A stretch of 64,000 nt of DNA from Coniocarpon cinnabarinum (taxonomy: Eukaryota): positions 1 to 64,000 of the forward strand of contig JAVECO010000111.1 of NCBI GenBank assembly GCA_051942205.1, read 5' to 3'. Numbering within the stretch: the first letter of the stretch is position 1; each line of letters starts with the position of its first letter. A program made the translations under genes and the position numbers. This document shows positions 51,451-64,000 of this stretch, piece after piece. Under the pieces are notes generated by a model that was not told the origin of the DNA, ran no database searches, and saw only the letters and a list, made by a program, of their open reading frames with translations.

Positions 51451-52149
51451 AAATTCTAAAATCTTCGACGATACGCTACAGATGCGCTTCAGCAACAGGT
51501 ACGCCAGCGCTTTCTCAGGTTGTGCTCAGACATCGCACAATTAAACCATGACGACCTATACACGACGAATCCCTCGGAGGACGTATCTCAGCTCTAACTT
51601 ACCTAGACTATGACTATAGTTTGACATAAGCCATTCCTCCCTTAGGTCTTAAGTCTCAGATACACAGAAACACAGTGATTACTACGCCACAATGTACAAG
51701 CGCAATCGTTTCTAAATCTTTATGCGACGTTTCCTATAGTCGCCGCTTCCTGTGAACCCCCCCGACCTGCACCAAGCGCTCCTGTTCTGCCCAGGAACAG
51801 GGCCGAACAGTTGGATGAGCAAACAAAAGTGTCTATCAAACGAGCGGCGACACGATCTACGCCACCAGATTTTCCATAACAGAGTGACTGCCCGGTAGAA
51901 AAGTAGAAAGAGAAGAAGAGCCTCAGATTCGATTTCTCATAGGTGGGTTGGCAAGAGAGTTAAAAGGCTCGATTTACAAATCTGTCCCGCAACAGGGTGC
52001 GTCCCGTCACGTAGGGATAGACATTAGAGGGGAAGTTTTGACCACCGGCCAATCAGACTGCTAATGCAGGATTGTTTGATCACATCACCAGCCAAACATA
52101 AATTAAGAAATGAGTGCAACAAGAAGTCTGCGAAACTGAGACGTGTATG

Positions 52150-55100
52150 TAATACATGTGTGATTATCACCGTCGCAAAGCATGATCATGCTCCTAAACA
52201 TCGCGTATTGTTTGTGATAGCGTCTCGTTAATTTGAAAAAGAGAAAATGGCGATTTATCACACGAAATTGCAAAATGTGTAACCCCTCACAATGCGGTGA
52301 TGATGAAATACTAAAAGGAAATTGTCTCTCGTTGCCTTGGATTTGGAGCAGCAATGCCCTACTCAAATGTGTCAGGAAAGGTTCTGATACGGAAAGCTTT
52401 ACGTGATGTAAAGCTCGGGCATGCTGATTAAAAAGCTGACTTGCATCCTTACAGACGTTTGCATGGATCGAGGTAGCTGCTGTGCACAACCGTCTACCTA
52501 CGATAGGGTGGAAACAGAGGGGATACGGAAGATGTGAGTCTTCGTCAGATGTGTTTCTTGCCTTGTTCAATTTCTTCATTGTCTTCGTCCATCCGCACAG
52601 TGACGACGACGTCTGGTCATCGACGGTGATGTTCAACTTCAACAACGACGCGGTTTTACGCCAGGTTCTATCGTCGTATCGTTGTATAAGATTATGCGCT
52701 TTGAAGTGCCCACGGCATTGCGAGCAGACTAGCACCTCTGTCCCATTGCTTGTGGATACTGTGACACCTCTCGGAGAGTTTGACTGTTGTCAGAAGCTTC
52801 AAGGTCATAGCAAATATCATGATAAGCGCCTCGACTATTACAGCTTGACTAAGAATTCACAATGCAGCTTCATATCGATGATGATATTCAGCCTCACCAA
52901 TGACACAATTCAGTATTAGCGCTAGGTCTTAACATTAACATAATTTGCAAACTTTGAATGCTTACAGATCTTTAAGCGAAGCAGGCCCCTTCAAAGTGAT
53001 TGCGATCTCAACACATCTCGTCAAGATCTTGACTATTCTCCAAAGACAATTTTTTTGCTTAGATATACGGTCATGAGCAGCTCGACTGCTGTAAGTCCTG
53101 ATTTTCAAGACACATCTTCACATTAATGATGGTGTTCGACCTCATGTGTGCAAAGTCCGTTCACTCGTTGCTATTTTTCGTCTCAACGTTTGCTCACAAT
53201 GTTTGAAGTTTTCACAGCTTCGACAACCGAACAGACTCCTTTGCGGTACTGATCGCATTAACATCTTGATGGTTCCTCAAAGGCAGTCTCGTCTCTTCAA
53301 TATATAGCCATTAGCAGCTTGAGTGCAATACCTTTACCTAATCTCAAAATCTACGTTTGTGCCGGTGAAGACTTTCGACATCACCAATGACATGATCCTC
53401 TAGGCTTTCCTCTTTTTGTGAGTAGCATGGCAAGGAGAGGAGCTCCTGAGCATTCACACCGCTGCAAGAAAACAAACCCCCTTTCATCTGATATCTTTTG
53501 GCCTCTTGACACTCTGCGTAGTTGTTGGTTTTTGCGTAGGAGCTTCGGCATCTCTCCAATTTAAATACGAAAGCATCTCGGGCAGTAAACGCTTTATCAA
53601 TCATCTCATGATCATGGGATGCTATCGAAAATAGTAACCTGTCAGTATCACTGGAAGGTCAGCCAGTAGTTTAAATCAGACGCTCTCTGTGCTGAAGAGT
53701 TTCTCTCATGCTCTGCAAGGTGTCATTGGACACAAATTTCGTGCCGATACCATTGGGAGGGGACTAAAAGTATTGGAAGTCAGAATTGCTGATATTATTT
53801 ATAAGCCGAATCAGGGTGCAAGCTCTGGTGAGTATCACCATTGCCTCCTTTGTCACTGTGTTCTTCATCCAGCGTTCTCAACAGCTCAGTCCGCCCATGC
53901 GTTGTTGCTCATGACATCTTGAAGGACCTAAAATCTCAATAAAGATCCCCTCCCGCCGTTTCTATCATTGACTTTGAGAGCGCTGCTCTTATCCATGGGT
54001 GTAGCTCAGTTCTGTGAGTTGTTTAAAGCTGTGAGACGTCGTCATACTCACATGTCTTTGGCATCTCCAGCATGTGACGGCATGCTATAAAATCAAGCGA
54101 CCGATTCGAAAGATAGAGAACTCTACATTAGGGAAAAATGTCACTCGCACATCATTCTGGACGGAGAGTAGGGGTTATAACTTGAAGTGAGGATGCCGTC
54201 TCGCATTATCAGTGCATGATCCTGCTGCGCCGTTGGATGTCTTCAGAGAATGGTGACGATGATGATGATCATCAGCACCGCGTCATCCAGCTTACAGCTC
54301 TTTCTCCAAGATGCAAGATGCCATGTGAGGACGATGCGATTCTACGCAGATATCGATTGGTCCCCTGACGGGCTGGGATGGCCCCACGCCTAGTGTCGCA
54401 AAATGGCCTTAGGCGATAGTCAGAGACTTAATCATTGCTCGAATAACCAGGCCTTCATGTTTTCGGCTTCAAATTGCTGAGTAAGCTTTCCAATTGCGAG
54501 AAAAATGCTCACGAGATCCTATTGTTAGCACAGATGCCTGGAGAGGCGAGTTATGTCTAAGATATAAAAACACTTAGTGCAGACGTCTAATGAGGTGCTC
54601 CTTCATAGCTTGCGCTGAATCGATCTAGAGAGAAATCCAAATGCAAGGGGACTCGCTCTACTCGATCTGCTAACTTATAAGGCTGATCATTTCTTCAGTT
54701 GTCTTTCACGCTTTGAACGCTCTTCATTACCATTGTCACATTATGATGCCCTGAGTGGAAGTGTTGAAAATGATGACGATGCATACCACGACAAACGACC
54801 GAACTGTGCCCCTTCGTCTTGCTGCTATTTTTTGAGGCTTGCGATATTCAAGTATCCCTTCAGCATCCCCTGGGCTTTGCCCTTGCCAGTGACCTTGAAA
54901 TAGTCTAATGCAGCCCGAGTACGTGTCTAGATATTGTCATTCTCACACATTCTTGACATCCCCCGCACGTGACGGCGTGATATAAAGCTAAGTGGCTTCC
55001 TCGAATGATCAACGATCCACATCGCTCAAGCGCGTCGCCTGACAATAGCAAACCTTCGGAGGAGGACTTTTCAGAGAGGATTTGAGGGAGCGTAGCTTCT

Positions 55101-57945
55101 TCATTGGCACGCCAGGCCAGAAAGACCACCTCATCAGATCCCTTTCCTGGTGAGGATTATTGAATAATGGTTGATGAAAATGATCAGCATCAGTATATAA
55201 TGCCTTTGGCTGCACATGTGCTCTCTGCAATGGTGTAAATCATCTTGAAGGAGCTGCAATGATTGCGGTTGCCCTAGCAATCCCCTTCACTCTCTCCAGT
55301 TGCGTCAGACAGGCGATGTGCCCAGGTCGAATTTATTTCCCAAAGCATGCGAACTTTCTTGAATCCATAGAAAGTTGCATTCCGGCACCGAAAAAGCTTG
55401 CCAAGCTCACAGCATGTGAAGACTGCTTCAATCGCCAAAGTTATGCGCCGAGGTGCTTGAAGGGCTAACTTATAAAGCATTCGGCGCAGGCCGGACCCTA
55501 CTTTCCGCAAGATGTCTATGCTGAGTCGGACTGGTGGCAGCTATCTGTTGTCTTCTAGGGGCTCTGGCATATTTGTTCTTGCTACTCACAAAGCTAATGA
55601 AAGCTTTCCCAATTGCATCGCTTTGCCAATGAATGCTCTTCATCTCCAGTTGGAAGCATATTGGTGATGCGCATCACGGTGATATATATCATGACGAACT
55701 TCAGGCGCGCCTGCTCCACTTGCTTCAGTGCAAAGCAACGGCGTTTCGCGATGAGATTGCTCACTAGACAGCCCCTGCTAAATTTTGACTGAGAGCTGAA
55801 GGACAACTCCCTGCTGATGAGCGCAAAATTATTCGATGCACCGTTTGAATACCCATGCGGATGTCGTCGCCGCTGCAGTCAATGAGAGCTTCAGTGTTCA
55901 AAGCTAGACACAAAAGCTTAGGATCAGCTCAGCGATCCTTGAAACTTTGTAAATAAGACGCCGAAAGCTGCGAAGACATATACGGCACGTTCAGGGGACA
56001 TGAACGTCATCAGATTTGGGCTTGTGCATTATGCTCATCCTTGCTATTCTCACATTTGCATACGCGTTTCTGATGATGTTAAACGACATCACCATGAACA
56101 TGGACTGTGTACTAATTCGCATTCTTCAGTTGAGAACAAGTGAGCTTGTCAAACTACAAACAAGTAAACCTCTTAATGATGCTCCTGTTGACAAACAAGA
56201 GTGGCTAATTTCTGGTAAGAGCGTTAGTCATTCTCTAAAGAACTTGCGAATGCTTAATTAAACGAAGACGCACTCACTGATTCAAATATTTACGTCTCAC
56301 CTAGTGTGCGCATACGGTGACTGAATTAACGGAAATATCTTGATGCAACGTGGCCATGCCATCAATTCGGTGCAAAAAATGAGAGTTGATCTGTTCTTTT
56401 GATTTTTCTAGAGGGTGAAGGCCTTTCCAAAGCTTCGTCGATTCAACACATAAGGGATCATTCCTTTCAATCTACTACAAATGGCTGTATTTGCGATCGC
56501 AGGTTCGATGTAGATTGTGTTTGTGATGTATGATGCATTCCAAAGTGGCAGTGATGCATATGACCATTAGCAGTGAAGCACACTAATCATTGCAAATTAA
56601 CTATTCTCCCAAAGCATGATTCGGAACCGGTGACTGGACGTTATGAGTGATGTTATTACCCCTTTGGTTTGAGCACGTCTCCGCGATTGAGGCTTATAAA
56701 CGAAAATGCTGAGAACATTCGACATTACACGACATAAGATTGTTCATGTCCTCTCGTCTAGAGACGATAAATGTGTTTGCTATGACTTAGACGTTTCCAA
56801 ACATCAAATGGAAGTCCCAATGTTAAATAGACATGCTTTGACGTCGTGTCTCAGTTATTCTTCGAAGCGAGCATGAGCGTGGATCCATTCGTGTGGATCT
56901 TCAGGCGCAGACCAGCTACCTAGCCAGTTGAATATTAAAGCAACCGCTGCCATCTTTTTCCTTCTTGCTTCACGACGATTACAGACATCCAAGAGTCAGG
57001 AATAAACCCGTTCGAAGTCAGGGGAGCTCTTCTCTCTTTGCTCTATCGCGAAGTAATGGCAGGATACCGATTTCGACTTAGCAACTTAGCGTCAAATAGC
57101 TTCGGGGATTTTCAGCAACGGGGATGCTTATCATCATCATCATCATCGATATTGATGACTTGCTCGACATTGCAGATGATTGCGATATGCTCAGATTACA
57201 GCTTTGAGGTTGTGAGTAATAGCCTATCCTCTGGTTAGATCATGGCCCCTAAATCGAGCTGAGAAGGCGAATGCTAAGGACAGACATCATTTTAACATGA
57301 ACATATGGGTATCTTTTCGTCTGAAGGGCCATGAATATGCCCACTGTGTCTCGAGCATTGAGTTCCTGGGGATGTCCGACTCTTCATCGTGATCAAGAAA
57401 GTCCTATTTGCTGTTTGATTTTATAACTCGAGATTCCGCATTATCAAGAGACAGTGAAGCATATTATCATCATCACGAAAGCCTTGTTCATCCTCACAAC
57501 TGATTATGATGTTATGCAGCGTGAGCTTGCAAGCTGTAGATATTCGCTCAGATCCCTTGTTTGAGCTGGCCCCTGAAACGACTCCCAAGCGAATGTGAGA
57601 TCGGTTCATGCCACGGCGAAAAGAACTATCATCCCTTCGGGGGATGAGGGACGAATGTGCTTGTTATAGCTAAACCTGACTGTTCGTAAACATCCCGAAG
57701 ACGCCCATATTTTAATAGACAAGCGGCATCTTCTTGCAAAGTCTTGATCATTCTGCACAGCCGGTGATAGCAGCGGAAGGGGGCGCAGACATTCAATGTT
57801 AGGGGGTCCCAACTCTTCATTGTAAATCACAGAGTCATAATGCAGTAACTAGCTGACTGACAACTTGGCATTGAGCAACTCTGGCGTCGTTAAGAGACAG
57901 TGATGCACGTCGTCATCGATGACAATGCCTTGTTCATCATTGTGA
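52150..57945. repeat. Dispersed array of degenerate ~30-45 bp semi-palindromic motifs (approx. consensus TCATCGATGATGATGTTCGACATCACCAATGAC)
   Basis: Copies near 52160, 52625, 52877, 53125, 53364, 53826, 54252, 54770, 55173, 55663, 56072, 56708, 57145, 57446 and 57892; no credible gene in the interval. Confidence 0.6.
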
Positions 57946-58286
57946 GCGCCTTTTCTTGTGAGGATAGATTTGAAAATGTGAGTAGTATCATATCCCCTAG
58001 TTTGAGCGTGGCTCCGATCCCAAGGCCTTAGAATCCAGCTGCTGAGACAAAGTGGGTGGGAGTTGGTGAGTAGGGTTAGGGGAAGATTCGGCAGCAAGGT
58101 CACGTGAGTTCGTAACGAGGCTTGCAAAGCATGTTGCTTCATGGGCGAGATGTCTTGCATATCAGACGCTGCGATTGGATGTAGCTCAGTCAGTCTAAAG
58201 GAACGAAGGTGGCGTGTGACTATTCTTCGTTCGTGGAACATGATACTAACGATGCAATGACCTACCAGTGTAAATGCAAAAGATCG

Positions 58287-59280
58287 TCATCTTCCGCACA
58301 TCCTCTCCCACGGTCTCTCCCTCACCAATCTTTTCGAAGCACCAAGTCCATTTGACCCAGTTGCAATCATGTTCAACCAAGCTCCCAACCGATACCCACC
58401 CTTGGCAATCTGCTGTGTAAAGATAGCAATTGCATTCTGGTAATACGCTCCACCCAGATCTGTCCCCTCAACCGCACTCTCCCCACCCTTGAGAACCGTG
58501 CTGCACACAAAAGTATTCGCATCCTGCGCAAAGCGCAACGCCGTACCCTGCGCATCGCTCAAATCCATGCCAGCAATCCAACCCGCCGCATCAGACTTGT
58601 ATGCCCCGCTCTTGATTTCAGTGGTAAGGTTGGAAGCCCAACTTCGCGCATCGTCGAGCGCGTATCCGCCTACGAGTTTCTCAGGCATATTGGTGTCCCA
58701 AATGTGGTGCAGATTTGTCTTCTCCCCATCGAACGTGACGTCGATGTCATTGCCGCCGACTTCTTCGGCTTCGTCGTGGAGAGGCTGAGTGACGTCGCCG
58801 AAGAAATGAACGAGGAATTCGAGGGCTTGTTTAGTGTGGTCCGCGGAGAGGCGGCCGTCCTGAACACGTTGAGTCTGTCATCACGCGCTTGTCAGTCGTC
58901 ATTCAATTGATGATCAGGAGGAGTAGGCGTGTTGTGAAACTCACGAAGTTGGCAATGGCGCTAACGCTGCAACCTTCAGCGGGGCAGTCCCGCTCGAAGT
59001 CGACGCTGCAGCTGGAAGGAGGACTATCTTCGGCGTCGATGAAATGCAAGGGCGTGCTCCAACTGCCTTCGTCGGTGTAGCGATAGCTGTCTGCCCAGCT
59101 GGCGATGGACGCGAGATAGGTGTCGTTGTGGATGTCAAGGATGTCTTGGGCCCATGTGACGGTCTGATCTTCGAGGAAGTTTTGTGCGATGAAAGCCACA
59201 GTGGCGTGGCCGAGTGAGCCCCATGCGCGCACAGCTGGCAGCGCAGAGGCCGCGATCGCGGCATAGGCGATTGCGTGCAT
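58287..59280 (-). CDS. Secreted S1/P1 nuclease, 2 exons
   Basis: Signal peptide, mature N-terminus WGSLGH, SWADSYR, LHFIDAED, FLVHFFGDVTQPLHDE, NLHHIWD and GYRLGAWLN. Confidence 0.95.
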
Positions 59281-60577
59281 TATTGCCTTTCAGCGTCGGC
59301 GGCAGCGGGCTTCAGTGTCAGTAAGGGTGTCCACCGCGCAACCATCGTCAGACAAGACAACGGATTCGACATGTCTTATGGAGATGGTTAGATATCGTCA
59401 CTTATCTAGCATTCGCATTAGCTGAACAAAGGATGAAACCTCGACGTGACCATGGTAGCTTGACTGTTTACAGTGGAGCAGCATGCGCTCTGCACGGGAT
59501 CTGGTCATTGGATGGGAGTCACGCAGGTGGATAAGAAAGCAGGCTCGCAAGCGCGCTGGCCGGCCGATCATGATGCATTGTAGTAGGTGCTTGTTTGCAT
59601 GGGGCGAACGCGAAGCGCCATTGGATGCTGTGTTTATCAAGTGTTCCTGGGGCTCGTTGGCACGATGCAACGTCCGATCTTGGTTACGGACAATGGCAAG
59701 AAACGAGCTCGGTTTGTACAAAGACTGCAAGTAAGAGATGACACAGCCAGCAAGCGTCTTATATGATTCCGGCAGATGCATGCGTGGCATGAGAACCTTG
59801 ATAGACCCAAGTATTCCGAGGACACCAAGTAGGAGCAAGTGCTTGCTGACGCGCTGTTGTGATTGGAAGCCTGCGGGAGGGCGCGTTCTTGGATCTTGGC
59901 AAAAGCACGGTGTGGCCTTGCATTTTAGGCGACAACAGAACACTCTGGACTGGATCAACTCTTACCAGTGTCGTTTAGGTTTGAAAGTGATGAATGTATT
60001 TGATCATGCAGTATGAAGCTCGAACTGATCGTAATCTTTCAACGCGTTTAGCCTCTGAGGCGTAAGTCGAAAAGATTTAGTCACGTGCAACTTGGAGTAG
60101 CAGCCGAATCATCGTGGCAGCTACAGCCGGCGGCTCGTCGGAGGTGTCTCGGTGCCATTGTCACTGCTAATCTATCTTACTCCGTATCGATTGACTTTCC
60201 ATGACCCCTGTCTGTGTCAACGATCTCGGTAGGTCGCCGAATCCTGTGTTTCATGTTGACACTCGGTCACTTCTGTCATGTCATGCAGAGCCATGCAGAA
60301 TCGTTGCATTCGAGGACATGTCAGTCAATTGAATGGGCTGGGACAGGAATACAGAGGCGAAGATGAGCTGTCTTTCCATCAACAGCTACCATGACTTTAT
60401 AATATTTTGACCTCGTCTTGGCTGCGAACTCATATGTGCTTGAATAGCTTCTGTGGCGTCTCTTATTGACATGAGTCCCTTTGCGAGCTGCGATTATCAA
60501 CGCTACTGGAGACACTCCAGAATGGCGTCGGATCCTGCTCCAAATATGCCCTGCAAGCAGCTAAGCTTCCGCCGAAG

Positions 60578-61153
60578 ATGACTGACACGCACGTGTTTTT
60601 CTTTGGCTACGAAGGCCCGGAACCTGAAAATGAATTCCAGCAATGGTATCCGGCCTCGTTTGTAGATGCGTCCACGTCTCTACCTGCCACGTTCCAGACC
60701 ACTGAACATTTTATGATGCACCATAAAGCTCTGCTAATGGGCGACAAAGAGGTGGCCGATCGAACGGTGCAAGCAGCGACGCTCGCAGAGGCCAAAGCAC
60801 TTAGGTGTGGAGTGTAGAATTCCAGACAAGCAGGTATCGCTTTTCAGTAATCCCAACGGCGCTTTCATACTCACTCTGCAAATTTCATAGTACGTACGGG
60901 ATGCTAACTGCGACCGGGTGGTGGAAGATGGCAATTTCTTGAAGTTCAGTCAGAACGAAGACTGCAGTCGTTGCTTGGCACCGGTACTCGTGATATCCTC
61001 GAGGCGAGCCCCAACGACAGAATTTGGAATATGGGTTTCAACGCAACGGATGCTGAAGATAAAGAGAGTGATTGGGTAGCGAATAAAATGGGTGAAGCTT
61101 TGATGCGCGTCCGAAAGAGGCTTGGCAGAGTACGACCGCCAGCTTCAAGTTGA
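60578..61153 (+). pseudogene. NADAR/YbiA-like N-glycosidase, apparently disrupted
   Basis: FQQWY, TEHFMMHHKALLMGD, GNFLKFSQN and EASPNDRIW motifs. In-frame TAG at 60815-60817 before the intron and a frameshift near 60960 (QNED / LQSLLGTG). Confidence 0.75.
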
Positions 61154-61168
61154 AAGGGGGGGGTTCAT

Positions 61169-61939
61169 TCAGGAAGGTGTCGGCTTGCTGGCGCGTGCCA
61201 GAAATACCGATTTCTTGATCTCATTGCCATGCATGTGCATGTCAAATTCGCCAGGGACACGATGGTAGCCAACGTCTACCAAGCCTTCTCCCTCAAAGAG
61301 CTGCTTCATGCTTGCATCGCTGAAACCATGTGCAGTAATACCAGCTTTGAATGGTAGGTGTCCGCCGTCCTCGCAGAAATCTACGATAAGTAATACACCT
61401 CCAGGCTTCAAGCGTTCCGCTAGGCGCCCAATGCACAATCCGGGATTCTCGAAATGATGGAAGCCAAAGCCAATGGCGGCAACATCAAAATCGAAGAAGT
61501 TGCGCTCGTCAAAGTTCTTAGATCCTTCCTCAGTGAACAAATTTCCTACAAAAGCTGAGATTTTCATGCCCGGCACAGGGTAAGACTCCATCTGTGCTTG
61601 GTATTGATCGATCATGGCCGGCGATATGTCAATCGCTACGGCTTCCGCACATCTCGAGGCCAAGGCCCTTGAGATCATGCCGGGCCCTGAGGCATAGTCA
61701 AGAAGCCGACGATCTCTGCGCGCATTGTGACTGTGCTCATGGGGAAAGATGAAATGGATCTGATCTTGGATTGCGCGCGTCACTGCGGTGTTCAGCTGCT
61801 TCTGCCATGGCTGCGAGTTGTACCGCTCAGCTAGCTCGCTAAACATGATCAGCGTACAGAGACCACGTTGGAAAGTGTGTGTCCATACTCACTTGAAGTA
61901 TTCTTGATTGCGTTGCTCAATTGGTGTCGAGCTGGCCAT
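61169..61939 (-). CDS. Class I SAM-dependent methyltransferase, 2 exons
   Basis: Exon 1 MASSTPIEQRNQEYFN then GTGAGT; LLDYASGPG, IDISPAMI, FDVAAIGFGFHHF and LKPGGVLLIVD. Confidence 0.92.
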
Positions 61940-64000
61940 CACGAATGCGGATAGAGCTTCTCTGGACTCGGAGCGCTCGGAAAGTCTAGCACGATGCTGA
62001 TTCACCAGATATTCCGCGACCAGACATTACTTGTTCTTCTCTTTTATAGACCCCAGCGGCGACATTGGCTGCTTGTGCGGTCACATTGCGGAGGGTTGTA
62101 TTGTAAAGTCGCCGTGCCTCAGTGAGCACCTCCACGAGCTTGGACCACTGAACGTCAGAGTAGCCAGAAATGGAGCTGGACTAGCGTGGAGATGACCGTA
62201 GGACGGAAAAAAGCTTGGCTCGCGGACTCACCAGCTGGAGAGCAAAAAGCTCCCGCCAGGCTTCTCCGTCTTTCTCTCTCGCGCTCGACCCCGGCCACTA
62301 AGCTCCACTTCTTTTGTTGAGACACTAATCAGATGCGTCCACGCGTACCCTCCAGACAGGTTACTCGTCTCGTCTATTGTGTATCAATGACGTCCTGTGT
62401 ACGCCCCGAGCCATCTTGACACGCACGAGACTGGACGCATTGGCTGCGTTCAGCGTGAACATTGTTTCAGCAGCTTTAACGCGTGAGGGAGGAGCTTCGG
62501 TGCAGCATGCGCCATGCAGCCGGCGTCCACGGTGCCCTGAACGGCCGCAGATAAGATAGCAGCCAGTCCATACAACAAGTGTCAGACGCGCGGTGATTGG
62601 CTTCGTCAGCCAAATGAGCAGATCCCAGCTTCAGGCAATTTGGCCCCCTCAATCCTGACGCTGGCTGCTGTGCCGCAGAGGTACGGAGTACCTTTGTGCG
62701 TGTCTCAAGACTGTCACATCTCGTGTGCAAGATCCACGGGTCGTGACAGGAACGCCGTCAGCCGTCAGCCCCGCCGCGTTGACGACATGCTTGCTTGAGC
62801 AAGCCCCTCTCGACGCTGCCAGCAGGTGCTGTATCCACACAACAAACCACGCGCGACGGCTTTTGGGGATGGTGCTTGGGAGTGGACGAGGAGATTGCAT
62901 GGCTCCAAGGGCCGAAGTGCGCGATTATGCAGCATGCTGAATCATGGCCGCCGGACGACGAGGGAGGCCACGGCACCTGTTCGGGCGTGAGCTTGAAAGC
63001 TTACTCTGTGCGCGTCTGGGGAAAGCTCGAGAGCTGTGCAGAGCTGGAAAGCCATCGCAATGCAATACCAATGGGGGAACACGCGAGAACTGCCACGACG
63101 CGCGCACCGTCGCACGGCATGCTGTCCTCCCGACTGCCATCTGGCTGGCTTGCAGGATGATGTGCTGGCACCCCTGACGCTCAGGGCAGACTCCGGCGCT
63201 GGAACATCTATACGCGATGCGCGGACAATAGTGTAAATCACAGTTTGGGCCTCTTTTTGGGCTGCTCAGAGCTTTATTTAGTCGCACGGGGGGTCTGGCT
63301 TGCGCGATCGTCTCCGGAAGGCTTTAACCTCCGAGAAAGTTGGAAGAAGGCTTCGTTAGGGGGAAGGGTTGCTTGCCGTTTTTGAACAATGGGAGGATCA
63401 AAGCGGTAAGATGGTCGTGAGGCTGTGTAAAGCCCAAGTGTAAGATGGAGGACAAACGATCGCCGGCGTTGCGGGCGAATGGCGAGGGGACATTGCGCGC
63501 CAGCAGTAAACCCCAACGCCCAACGCCCACGACCGCCCAAAACCGCCCAAACCGCCCGCCGACCGCTGAGGCAATAAGGGCTCATCTGCTAATCTGTGAC
63601 TCTTGGAGGAGCGCCGGGCACTACCCGCTATCACCCGCAGGCGCCCCCCGTTTCATCTTTTCATAATACCACCAGTCCCCCCTTTGCGCTGTCACGTATC
63701 TGCCCACCGGCCCCTGCGCTGGGATTCACACACTTCCGGGATTGGACGAGTCGCGTCGCCGCCCCCGCTCCAGGAAAAAAGGGACCAACAGTTTGTATGG
63801 GCAGCCACTGCCGGGGGACGAATGCCCCTACCCTTTTTTTCTCCCTCGTCACGACAATCATGTCGCTCCTCCAGCACTAATCCACCCTTGTCTGCTCGTC
63901 CTCTCCCTCCATTCGCCTTGCCCTCTGCCCTTCGCCTCTGCCTTTTCTCTTCCCTCAGTCGTCGTGGGAGTTGGAGTGGTCCCTTAATTCGCACACCTGC

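Larger units (their letters stand above)
47705..52028. mobile_element. 4.3-kb segment bounded by 46-bp imperfect inverted repeats (putative TIR element)
   Basis: 47705-47750 TCTAACGTCCTCCCCTACGTGACGGGACGCACTGTGTAGCGGGACA vs reverse complement of 51983-52028 TCTAATGTCTATCCCTACGTGACGGGACGCACCCTGTTGCGGGACA: 39/46 identical with a 20-bp exact core. No clear TSD. Confidence 0.6.

Noticed and set aside
52103..52919. ORFs 52103-52735(-) and 52482-52919(+)
   Set aside because: Non-ATG starts, no recognisable domain, and they overlap the repeat array; likely spurious.
52150..57945. CRISPR array
   Set aside because: Repeats are highly degenerate, spacers are hundreds of bp, the host is eukaryotic and there are no cas genes.
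52150..57945. Box C/D snoRNA cluster (several ATGATGA strings)
   Set aside because: No consistent downstream CTGA box with terminal stems; the strings are explained by the GAT-rich motif.
39000..58200. Starship element
   Set aside because: No DUF3435 tyrosine-recombinase captain or typical boundary motif recognised in this window.
62377..64000. Short ORFs and CCGCCCAA-type repeats
   Set aside because: Looks like the GC-rich promoter/5' UTR of a gene beyond the window; no supportable CDS.

Overview
Intron-rich filamentous ascomycete DNA (Pezizomycotina; a Dothideomycete is my inference). Conserved genes are two MFS transporters, an SGNH/CE2-like protein, a GT91/BMT-like protein, Mpv17/PMP22, a CREG-like protein, a CHS4/SKT5 chitin-synthase activator, CBP4 (missing from the ORF track), malate synthase, S1/P1 nuclease and a SAM methyltransferase. 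Two accessory-looking islands interrupt them. Island 1 (~10.8-24.5 kb) has an orphan with a candidate C-terminal amyloid-signalling motif, a Kex2-type secreted peptide precursor, and a HeLo-like/kinase-like gene head-to-head with a C2H2/SANT gene, plus an inverted pseudogene copy of the latter. Island 2 (~39-58 kb) has a convergent kinase-like + PD-(D/E)XK-nuclease-like pair and a 4.3-kb segment bounded by 46-bp inverted repeats that carries a second PD-(D/E)XK-like gene but no recognisable transposase. Next to it is a ~6-kb gene-free array of degenerate, partly palindromic ~30-45 bp motifs spaced ~240-500 bp apart. All family assignments come from motif recognition by eye; no searches were run.
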